Part shown: positions 1-7,751 of the stretch, in pieces
Layout: each line of letters begins with the position of its first letter
Position numbering within the stretch: position 1 is the stretch's first letter
Source: a virus
Taxonomy: Duplodnaviria; Caudoviricetes
Virus record (IMG/VR): IMGVR_UViG_3300017716_000805
Coordinates: 1-33,318 of that record
Length of the DNA: 33,318 nt
Direction: 5' to 3' (one strand)
The notes under the pieces: model-generated
Told to the model about the DNA's origin: nothing
Seen by the model: only the letters and a program-made list of their open reading frames with translations
Databases searched by the model: none
Program-made: the position numbers and the translations under genes

Positions 1-1
1 G

Positions 2-214
2 GTCACCGTTGTTAACGCTGACCTTAGCAGCGCAAAAGTAAACTCATCGTTTGATGTTGCTTTGGTTGCTACCAGCACTGGCGTGCCTACTATCGTAGTT
101 GGCACAGGCTGGACGCTGGTTGGGTCAGGCGCAGGCGTTGCATCCAAGAGCGTATTGTTCCGTGCCGTTAAAACCGGCGCTGAAACGTACAACCTGTACC
201 GTATCGCTGGCTAA
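2..214 (+). CDS. 3' part of a structural gene truncated by the window edge (probable capsid decoration/minor virion protein)
   Basis: Frame 2 is open from base 2 (VTVVNADLSS...YNLYRIAG) to TAA 212-214, followed by TAG and a terminator-like hairpin; lies in the structural cluster. Confidence 0.75.
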   Translation, partial: VTVVNADLSSAKVNSSFDVALVATSTGVPTIVVGTGWTLVGSGAGVASKSVLFRAVKTGAETYNLYRIAG

Positions 215-221
215 TAGGTTC

Positions 222-250
222 GCCCCGGCTACGGTCGGGGCTTCCTTTTC
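222..250 (+). terminator. Intrinsic terminator-like hairpin
   Basis: GCCCCGGC-TACG-GTCGGGGC stem-loop followed by TTCCTTTT. Confidence 0.65.
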
Positions 251-262
251 AGGAGAAAACTA

Positions 263-676
263 ATGGCTAATACAAAAGCTATCGGCGTTGCTTTCCTCGA
301 CCAAGACATTATTGGCGCACAATTTGTCTTGGCTGATGAGCAAATCGGCTACACCGCCGCAGCACAAGGTACGGTTACACAGGCGACAGACAAGTCAACT
401 GCCGTCACACTGAACAAGCCTGCTGGCCGTATCACTATGAACAACGCGTCTTTGACTACTGCTACTAACGCTACGTTCACGCTGAACAACAGCTTCATTT
501 CTGCAAATGACACTGTTGTCCTGACTATCTCTGGTGGTCAAGCGACCCCCGGATCATATAACGTGTTTGCTAACGCGTTGGCCGCTGGCTCTGTCAGCAT
601 CAGCCTTCGCAACATTTCTGGTGGTACGCTGTCAGAAGCAGTAGTGATTAACTTTGCGATTATTCACTGCGTTTAA
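263..676 (+). CDS. Virion structural protein, beta-rich; paralog of the C-terminus of 1611..2294
   Basis: AGGAG RBS at 251-255; Thr/Ala/Asn-rich; GTVTQAT..K.T.VTL...G.IT.N and RNI..G.LSEA motifs shared with 1611..2294. Confidence 0.8.
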   Translation: MANTKAIGVAFLDQDIIGAQFVLADEQIGYTAAAQGTVTQATDKSTAVTLNKPAGRITMNNASLTTATNATFTLNNSFISANDTVVLTISGGQATPGSYNVFANALAAGSVSISLRNISGGTLSEAVVINFAIIHCV

Positions 677-682
677 TTAATT

Positions 683-708
683 TGGGCGGCTTTCGGGCCG
701 TCCATTTT
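683..708 (+). terminator. Intrinsic terminator-like hairpin
   Basis: TGGGCGGCT-TTCG-GGCCGTCCA followed by TTTT. Confidence 0.7.
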
Positions 709-719
709 ACGGAGTTTTT

Positions 720-896
720 ATGGCTGCTATTTATCTTGTTCACAATGTCCACGGCGCAAAAGTTGCTATCTCTGAAGAAGAAGCGATTTCTGATGAATAT
801 TATGGTTGGACACGCTATTATCCTGAAGTGCCTGTAGAGGCGCCAGTAAACGAAATGCCGGCACCCAAAAGCCGCCGCAAAGCGCAGGAAGTCTAA
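720..896 (+). CDS. Small hypothetical protein (58 aa, MAAIYLVHNVHGAKVA...), not in ORF track
   Basis: GGAG RBS at 711-714, ATG 720, TAA 894-896; fills the gap before the 900 gene. Confidence 0.8.
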   Translation: MAAIYLVHNVHGAKVAISEEEAISDEYYGWTRYYPEVPVEAPVNEMPAPKSRRKAQEV

Positions 897-899
897 CCA

Positions 900-1610
900 A
901 TGGATACGGCTGGGGACATCATTAACGGTTCGCTTAGACTGCTAGGTGTTCTGGCAGAAGGCGAAGTTCCATCGGCTGAAACGTCGCAGGACGCACTGCG
1001 CGCCATGAACCAGATGATTGATAGCTGGAACACAGAGCGCCTTGCGGTCTTCTCGACACAAGACCAAGTATTCACATGGCCTGCGGGCCAGCTATCGCGC
1101 ACGATGGGACCGACAGGCAACTTCATCGGCAACCGTCCCGTGCTGCTCGACGACAGCACGTATTTCAAAGACCCCGGCACGGGCGTCAGCTACGGCATCA
1201 AATTCATTAACCAGCAGCAGTATAACGGCATCGCGGTCAAGACCGTCACATCGACATACCCGCAGGTTATCTTTATCAACATGACGTTCCCTGACATTGA
1301 GATGTACATCTATCCGCGTCCGACGCGCGATCTGGAATGGCATTTTGTTTCGGTTGAAGAACTGACCCAGCCGGCGTCGCTGGCGACCATATTGTATTTC
1401 CCGCCCGGCTATCTGCGTGCGTTCCGTTATAACTTGGCGTGCGAAATGGCACCTGAGTTTGGCGTTGAGCCTTCGTCGCAAGTGCGCCGTCTGGCAATGG
1501 CGTCGAAGCGTAACATCAAGCGCATCAACAACCCTGACGACATCATGTCGATACCGTACAGCCTCATCGCTTCACGCCAACGCTTTAACATCTATGCAGG
1601 GAATTACTAA
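900..1610 (+). CDS. Head-to-tail adaptor, P22 gp4-like
   Basis: N-terminal TAGDII..SLRLLGV...ALRAMNQMIDSW and C-terminal YNLACEMAPEFG resemble the gp4 family; located upstream of the gp10-like gene. Confidence 0.75.
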   Translation: MDTAGDIINGSLRLLGVLAEGEVPSAETSQDALRAMNQMIDSWNTERLAVFSTQDQVFTWPAGQLSRTMGPTGNFIGNRPVLLDDSTYFKDPGTGVSYGIKFINQQQYNGIAVKTVTSTYPQVIFINMTFPDIEMYIYPRPTRDLEWHFVSVEELTQPASLATILYFPPGYLRAFRYNLACEMAPEFGVEPSSQVRRLAMASKRNIKRINNPDDIMSIPYSLIASRQRFNIYAGNY

Positions 1611-2294
1611 ATGACTAATATTGCTATCTCCGCGCTGCCGGTTGCCGCTTCACAAGCTGGCGCTGATGTATTGCCGATTGTTCAGGCCGCGACTAGTACA
1701 ACCAAGCAATTATCCATAACCAACCTATTTACCAACCCAGCGTTTGTTACGCCCGCGCTAGGAACGCCGACCAGCGGTAACCTATCAAATTGCACCAGTA
1801 CATCTATGGTGTTAACAACCCCGATATTAGGAACGCCGACCAGCGGTAACCTGTCAAATTGCACCAGCACCTCTATGGTGTTGACGACACCTGTGCTTGG
1901 CGCCGCGACCGGCACAAGTTTAAGCGTTACAGGAAACATTGTTATAAGCAGCACCGGAAAACACGGCTACGCAACCGGCTCTGGCGGAACGGTTACCCAA
2001 GCTACCAGCAAAGCAACCGGTGTGACGTTAAGCAAATCGACCGGTCAGATTACGCTGAACGCCGCCGCGCTTGCCGCAGATACTACAGCCAGCTTTACGT
2101 TAACCAACACCGTTATTGAGGCGGGCGATATATTAATACTAAACCACATCAGAGCGGGTACGGCAGGGGCTTACTTGCTAAATGCTCAGTCTGCCGCGGG
2201 GTCAGCCAGCATTAACGTGCGGAACATTACCGCCGGATCGTTGAGCGAGGCTATTGTAATTGCTTTTGCGGTAATCAAAGCGGTAACATCGTAA
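1611..2294 (+). CDS. Virion fibre-like structural protein with internal 23-aa repeat
   Basis: ISALP..A...D.LPIVQ anchor-like N-terminus, LGTPTSGNLSNCTSTSMVLTTP x2, C-terminal domain paralogous to 263..676; abuts both neighbours. Confidence 0.75.
   Translation: MTNIAISALPVAASQAGADVLPIVQAATSTTKQLSITNLFTNPAFVTPALGTPTSGNLSNCTSTSMVLTTPILGTPTSGNLSNCTSTSMVLTTPVLGAATGTSLSVTGNIVISSTGKHGYATGSGGTVTQATSKATGVTLSKSTGQITLNAAALAADTTASFTLTNTVIEAGDILILNHIRAGTAGAYLLNAQSAAGSASINVRNITAGSLSEAIVIAFAVIKAVTS
1759..1892 (+). repeat. Two imperfect 69-bp tandem coding repeats
   Basis: TAGGAACGCCGACCAGCGGTAACCT... starts at 1759 and again at 1828; the differences are mostly at third codon positions. Confidence 0.9.
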
Positions 2295-3926
2295 ATGAAA
2301 ACGCCCATCTTAGGCAGCGCCTATGTGGCTAGAAGCGTCAACGCTGCCGACAACCGAATGGTTAACTTGTTTCCTGAGATTGTCCCTGAAGGCGGCAAGG
2401 AACCCGCGTTTCTTCAACGCGCGCCGGGGTTAACTGCACTGGCTACCCTTGGGTTTGGGCCTATCCGCGGGCTGTGGACGTATGGCGGGTATGGCTACGC
2501 CGTGTCTGGCAATACCTTGTACCAAATTGACAGTAGCTGGAACGCAACCGCTAAAGGCACTGTGGGCGGCTCTGGCCCTGTCAGCATGGCTGACAACGGC
2601 ACACAGCTATTCATTGCCGCTAGCCCGCAAGGTTACATCTACAACGCCAGCACTGACGTGTTCCAACAAATTACCGATCTTGACTTCCCCGGCGCAAACA
2701 CGGTGGGATACATCGACGGCTATTTTGTATTTAATGAGCCTAACAGCCAGAAGATTTGGGTAACGTCGCTGCTTGATGGAACGGCTGTTGACCCGTTGGA
2801 GTTTGCCAGCGCCGAAGGTAACCCAGACAATGTTGTTGCGGTATTTGTAGACCACCGCGAAGTCTGGGTGTTTGGCACAAACTCAACCGAAGTTTGGTAC
2901 GACGCAGGACTGCTTGACTTTCCGCTAACTCGTATCCAAGGCGCGTTTAACGAACTAGGCTGCGCTGCCCCGTACAGCATCGCCAAAATGGATAACCAAG
3001 TCTACTGGCTTGGCAAAGACGCACGCGGTCAGGGTATCGTCTACAAGGCCGCTGGCTACATCGGCCAGCGCGTGTCTACGCACGCTATCGAATGGCAGAT
3101 GCAAGAGTATGCCGACCTGTCAGACGCTGTTGGCTACACGTATCAGCAGGACGGCCACAGCTTCTACGTTCTGAACTTCCCCACCGCCGACACCACATGG
3201 GTGTACGATGTTGCCACTGGCGCATGGCATGAGCGGGCGTCGTTTGCCGCTGGCGAGTTTAACCGTCACCGCGCCAACAGTCAGATGTTCTTCAACAACA
3301 CCACCGTCGTTGGCGACTACCAGAACGGCAAGATTTACGAGTTTGATCTGAACGTATACGCTGATGACGGCGCGCCGCAAAAATGGCTGCGGTCATGGCG
3401 CGCGCTGCCTACAGGCGCTAACAACCTCGCGCGTACTATCCAGCACTCCATGCAGCTTGACTGCGAGACAGGCGTGGGCCTAAATGCCTACCCCGCTTAC
3501 GATGCCGAAGACCTTACCACTGAATCAGGTGACATCCTCGTGGCCCAGTTTGTGCAAGGTTATTTGACTACGCAAGCCGGTGACCAGTTAGTCACGGAAG
3601 CCAACGACAATAACGAGCCATTGGTCACCCAAGTACAACCCGCCGAAGATTACAACGGATACGCGTTGGAGACGGAAGCCTACCCTGAAACGCCGGGGTA
3701 TACCCCGCAAGCTATGCTGCGCTGGTCAGATGATGGCGGTCATACATGGTCTAGCGAACATTGGAAGTCGATGGGTAGGATTGGCAAATTTGGACACCGC
3801 ACTATCTGGCGCCGCCTTGGCGCGACGATGAAGATACGTGACCGCGTCTACGAAGTGTCTGGCACAGACCCTGTACGGATTTACATTATGGGCGCTGAAC
3901 TGCTACTGAGCGGGACGAATGCCTGA
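2295..3926 (+). CDS. Packaged DNA stabilization/tail hub protein, P22 gp10-like
   Basis: FASAEG.PD, FG..STEVW, Y.Q.GH.FYVL.FP, TWVYD...WHER, LRWSDDGG.TWS and WRRLG motifs typical of gp10 homologues. Confidence 0.85.
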   Translation: MKTPILGSAYVARSVNAADNRMVNLFPEIVPEGGKEPAFLQRAPGLTALATLGFGPIRGLWTYGGYGYAVSGNTLYQIDSSWNATAKGTVGGSGPVSMADNGTQLFIAASPQGYIYNASTDVFQQITDLDFPGANTVGYIDGYFVFNEPNSQKIWVTSLLDGTAVDPLEFASAEGNPDNVVAVFVDHREVWVFGTNSTEVWYDAGLLDFPLTRIQGAFNELGCAAPYSIAKMDNQVYWLGKDARGQGIVYKAAGYIGQRVSTHAIEWQMQEYADLSDAVGYTYQQDGHSFYVLNFPTADTTWVYDVATGAWHERASFAAGEFNRHRANSQMFFNNTTVVGDYQNGKIYEFDLNVYADDGAPQKWLRSWRALPTGANNLARTIQHSMQLDCETGVGLNAYPAYDAEDLTTESGDILVAQFVQGYLTTQAGDQLVTEANDNNEPLVTQVQPAEDYNGYALETEAYPETPGYTPQAMLRWSDDGGHTWSSEHWKSMGRIGKFGHRTIWRRLGATMKIRDRVYEVSGTDPVRIYIMGAELLLSGTNA

Positions 3927-4501
3927 TGGCACTGGCGCCAATCAACCCTACCCAGTTAACGCCGCCGCGTGTTCCGCTGATTGATGATCGGTCGGGCGCG
4001 ATTAGCCGTGAGTGGTACCGGTTTTTTCTATCACTGTTGACCGCGACGCAGACCAACCAAGATGAAGTTATGCTGGCGCCAGACACATCGTCGCTGTTGA
4101 CTTCCTATGACGCCATGCTGGAGACGCTGGCACAGGCTACAGAGACGCAGCCTGACGGCGCGTCCGTGGCTGACTTGGCGGTTGTGCAGAGCGACATTCA
4201 GTCATTGGCGTTAGCACCTGCTAACCGTACAGGCGTCGTGCCAACGATGGAAGGTGGCACCGGCCAGACTAGCTACGCCGACGGGCAGCTTCTGATAGGC
4301 AGCACGGTAGCCAACACGCTTATCAAAGCCCTTTTGACTGCCGGCGCCAACATCACTATCACAAACGCTGCGGGTGCGATAACCATAGCCGTCTCAGGGC
4401 TTGGCACGATGGCGTTTAAGAACATAGGTGCGTCTGGTTCTTTTACGGCGGGCGCTAACACCGTCACAGTGGTTGACGGCATTATCACCAGCATTGTTTA
4501 A
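3926..4501 (+). CDS. Tail-associated hypothetical protein
   Basis: Coupled to gp10 by a TGATG overlap; PRVPL.D...G.ISREWYRFF N-terminus and a GGTG fibre-like C-terminus. Confidence 0.7.
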   Translation: MALAPINPTQLTPPRVPLIDDRSGAISREWYRFFLSLLTATQTNQDEVMLAPDTSSLLTSYDAMLETLAQATETQPDGASVADLAVVQSDIQSLALAPANRTGVVPTMEGGTGQTSYADGQLLIGSTVANTLIKALLTAGANITITNAAGAITIAVSGLGTMAFKNIGASGSFTAGANTVTVVDGIITSIV

Positions 4502-4512
4502 GGAGAATACCA

Positions 4513-4848
4513 ATGGCCGTATCGATTAGTAACATCATCCCCGCTAAGACAGCGGAGAACACTCAGACGACGCAGTACACGTCGAACGGCGTGCAGACGA
4601 TCATCGACAAGTTTACTGCGACTAACTACAGCGCGACCGCTGCAACGATCAGCGTCAACCTGATTACGGCTGCTGGCTCCGCCGGCAACGACAACTTGAT
4701 CGTCAAGTCGAAAACGCTTCAGGCCAGCGAGACGTACACGTTTCCTGAACTGGTTGGCCATGTGCTGCCTAACAACGGCTTCATCAGCACCATCGCTGGT
4801 ACGGCATCTGCGATTAACATCCGCGCGTCAGGTCGTCTGGTTAGCTAA
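4513..4848 (+). CDS. Hypothetical virion protein
   Basis: AAGGAG RBS; Thr-rich beta-type sequence; in the tail operon. Confidence 0.75.
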   Translation: MAVSISNIIPAKTAENTQTTQYTSNGVQTIIDKFTATNYSATAATISVNLITAAGSAGNDNLIVKSKTLQASETYTFPELVGHVLPNNGFISTIAGTASAINIRASGRLVS

Positions 4849-5312
4849 TGTCTGTAACAGTCCGCACCGCTACCGTCGAAGATATACCATGCTACATGGA
4901 CTTGGCGGCAGCGTTTGTGGCGACAACACCTGTCAATCATCTGATTCCGTTTGACCGCGAATGCACTGCTGCGTTTGTTGAAGGTGCGCTAGACAACGAA
5001 GACATGGTTGTTTTGGTGGCTGAAGACGACGGTGAACTGATCGGCATTACCGCCGCTATTGCGTATCCCATGTACTTCAACCCTGCAAAGCTAGTGGCGC
5101 AGGAGTTGTGGTGGTATATTAAGCCAGACGCGCGCGGTGGGGCAGCATCAAAATTGCTGTTTCAAGAAATAGAAAAATGGGGTATGAGTAAGCAAGCGGC
5201 AGCTATGTTTATGGTCGCGCTAGACAACGACCGCGTTGAGACTATGGTAAAACTGTACGGGCGTTTAGGGTATACACCCACAGAACGTGCGTTTGTAAAG
5301 GGATTAAACTGA
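4848..5312 (+). CDS. GNAT-family N-acetyltransferase
   Basis: VR.AT.ED start, LVAE..GELIG strand, YIKPDARGG acetyl-CoA loop, LYGRLGY motif. Confidence 0.8.
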   Translation: MSVTVRTATVEDIPCYMDLAAAFVATTPVNHLIPFDRECTAAFVEGALDNEDMVVLVAEDDGELIGITAAIAYPMYFNPAKLVAQELWWYIKPDARGGAASKLLFQEIEKWGMSKQAAAMFMVALDNDRVETMVKLYGRLGYTPTERAFVKGLN

Positions 5313-6115
5313 TGGCACTTACCACGGGCATGGCAATCGCCGCAGGCATATCTGCCGTAAGCTCACTCGCCGGCGGTGCCATCGCTGGCAGCGCAGCTAA
5401 AAAAGCCGCTAGGACGCAAGAACAGGCTGCTAAAGACGCGACCGCTGCACAGCAGCGTATGTTCGAAGAACAAAAAGCTTTGCAAGAGCCGTTTCGCCAA
5501 GGTGGCCTAACCGCACAGCAAGAGATCATGCAGTTACTGGGTATCGGCGGCGACAAGACCGCCGCTGGCTATGGTAGCCTTGGTAAAGCATTTGGTACTG
5601 AACAGTTTCAGCAAGACCCCGGCTATGCGTTTCGCCAATCGGAAGGCATGAAGGCGCTAGAGCGGTCGGCAGCCGCGCGCGGTATGCTATCCTCTGGGTC
5701 TACGTTAAAAGGTATTCAACGTTTCGGGCAGGACTTAGCCAGCCAAGAATATCAAAATGCGTTTAACCGCTATCAGACAGAACGCGCAGCCAAGCTGAAC
5801 CCGCTGCAATCGCTAATGGGTTCCGGTCAGTCCGCAGCCAACGTGATTACGGGCGCTGCTGGACAGATGGGCCAGAACGAAGCGTCGAACATTTACGGCG
5901 CTGGTCAAGCCCGCGCGTCAGGTTACATCGGTCAGGGCAACGCGCTTAACACTGCGCTGGGCCAGATCGGCGGCATAGCTTCTAGCTTACCTGAGCAGAA
6001 CGCAATGATTAACTATTACAACCGCACCCCAGCCGGCGGCGGTTCTCTGGGCGGCGGCGGCGGCGGCGCTCCAATTCGCCTACCAGCTATGAGAGGAAAT
6101 ATAGGTCGTGGCTAA
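5312..6115 (+). CDS. DNA ejection/pilot protein, P22 gp7-like
   Basis: Hydrophobic Gly/Ala N-terminus, Gln/Ala-rich, DPGY.FR..EG..AL..SAAARG...SG.TLK motif; follows the GNAT gene. Confidence 0.7.
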   Translation: MALTTGMAIAAGISAVSSLAGGAIAGSAAKKAARTQEQAAKDATAAQQRMFEEQKALQEPFRQGGLTAQQEIMQLLGIGGDKTAAGYGSLGKAFGTEQFQQDPGYAFRQSEGMKALERSAAARGMLSSGSTLKGIQRFGQDLASQEYQNAFNRYQTERAAKLNPLQSLMGSGQSAANVITGAAGQMGQNEASNIYGAGQARASGYIGQGNALNTALGQIGGIASSLPEQNAMINYYNRTPAGGGSLGGGGGGAPIRLPAMRGNIGRG

Positions 6116-7751
6116 CCAAATGATAGCACTTCAGGCGCGCAACCCACAGCTTCCTGATCCTCAACAGCGCACGGCGCGGTTGGCGAATATGATGAACATG
6201 GCGCGGCAGGCAGAGGCGGCGCAGCTTCAAGGTGAGCGCACGCGTCAGGAAATGGCCTATGCCCAAGCGGGTGAAGAACGCGAAGCAGCGTTGCAAGCAC
6301 CTAACCTTAGAAAAGCCGGTTTTGAAGCCGACGCCGCACAAATTAAAATGATAAGCGATTTTAACAAACTTTCTATTGAAGGTTTAAGGCAGGCGCAAAG
6401 CCCTGAAGACGCGATTAAAATTGGAGACTTTATTAAATCAAAGTTTACTGACCCCGGGCTTCAGGCTTCAGTTGACCAAACAGTTGCAAAACTTACGGCG
6501 AACCCAGCTAATTTTGAGGCTGCGCGGCAGCAAGTGCTGTATCAGTCTATGGAAAACGACAAGCAGCTTGAGCAGCGAATTGCAGAGTTGACTACCGGCG
6601 ACGAAACATACCAAGTTTCAGCACCTAAATACGCAGGCGCGCCCGGCGGCATGGGCGCTACCGAAGTTGCCGGTACGCGCGTAAAAGCGCCGCAAGGCAT
6701 CACTTACATCAAAACCGATACTGGTGATATTGTGGCCATGCCTACTAAAACCGGCGGCAGTACCGCTACACCTTCAGGCGCACCCGGTAAAGGTAGCGTT
6801 GCGGCTGCATTGCAGACCAACCCCGGCGCACTCAAGGACGGCGCGTTTGCTAAATCGCAGCCTGGGTATACTGGCGCAAGCGGCGGCTTTGCTACTTTTA
6901 ATACGCCGCAAGCCGGTATTGCCGCACAAGAAAACTTGCTGCGCGGCAGCTACGTCAACAAGGGCTTCAACACGGTCAGCAAGATCATTGACCGCTATGC
7001 ACCACAAGGGCCAGAAAACAGCGCGGCGTCTGTTAGCAACTATAAAAAGTACGTTGCACAGAAAGCAGGCGTAGATATTAACGCGCCTATAACCGCTGCC
7101 CAAATCCCCGCTGTGGCAAAGGCCATGCGCGAGTTTGAAACAGGAAACACAAGCGGCGGCGCGCCCGCCGGCGGCCCTGTAACTGTAGTCAAGGGATCGG
7201 GTGCTAAAGACGCAAAGTCAACCGAAGCTGAACGTAGGTTCGGGACTGTAGCTAAGAACATGATTGACTCCATAAAAGAGGCGACAAGTGCGCTATCTAA
7301 TTCACCCGGCAGTGCCGCTCCCGGTACTGGCGAATATATAGCTTCGCAAATTCCGTTCTACGGTGATGAGGCCCGTAAGTTTGCACAAAGCGGACCGCGT
7401 CAACGGTTTGAAGCGGCGCTCATGGCATTGCTGGATGGCGTTACATACGTCAGTACCGGCTCCGGCGTTACGGCAATGCAGGAAATCAGCTATAAAAACA
7501 CGTACATCCCCTCATATCAAGACACGCCGTTATCACGCAAAGCGAAATTACAGCGCGCGGTGCGGTTCATAAGCAATCTTAAAGACGCCGCAGGGAATAG
7601 ATGGACGCCAGATATGGACGTTGCATTGGACAAACTTAAAGCAACCGTAGCTAAGATTGACTTCGGCGGCGGCAAGCCAGCGGCTAAACCAAAGACACCC
7701 GTGCAACGCAAGGCAAGTGGTGGATTTACGGTTGTAAGGGTTGAAGACTAA
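6108..7751 (+). CDS. Ejection protein with an internal lysozyme-like domain
   Basis: GTG start overlapping the previous gene; helical Ala/Gln-rich; central TNPGALK...FATF.TP..G...RYAP...EN....Y...V....G segment. Confidence 0.7.
   Translation: MANQMIALQARNPQLPDPQQRTARLANMMNMARQAEAAQLQGERTRQEMAYAQAGEEREAALQAPNLRKAGFEADAAQIKMISDFNKLSIEGLRQAQSPEDAIKIGDFIKSKFTDPGLQASVDQTVAKLTANPANFEAARQQVLYQSMENDKQLEQRIAELTTGDETYQVSAPKYAGAPGGMGATEVAGTRVKAPQGITYIKTDTGDIVAMPTKTGGSTATPSGAPGKGSVAAALQTNPGALKDGAFAKSQPGYTGASGGFATFNTPQAGIAAQENLLRGSYVNKGFNTVSKIIDRYAPQGPENSAASVSNYKKYVAQKAGVDINAPITAAQIPAVAKAMREFETGNTSGGAPAGGPVTVVKGSGAKDAKSTEAERRFGTVAKNMIDSIKEATSALSNSPGSAAPGTGEYIASQIPFYGDEARKFAQSGPRQRFEAALMALLDGVTYVSTGSGVTAMQEISYKNTYIPSYQDTPLSRKAKLQRAVRFISNLKDAAGNRWTPDMDVALDKLKATVAKIDFGGGKPAAKPKTPVQRKASGGFTVVRVED

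Noticed and set aside
6033-6070. GGC trinucleotide run as a contingency locus
   Set aside because: In-frame poly-Gly linker; slippage would not shift the frame.
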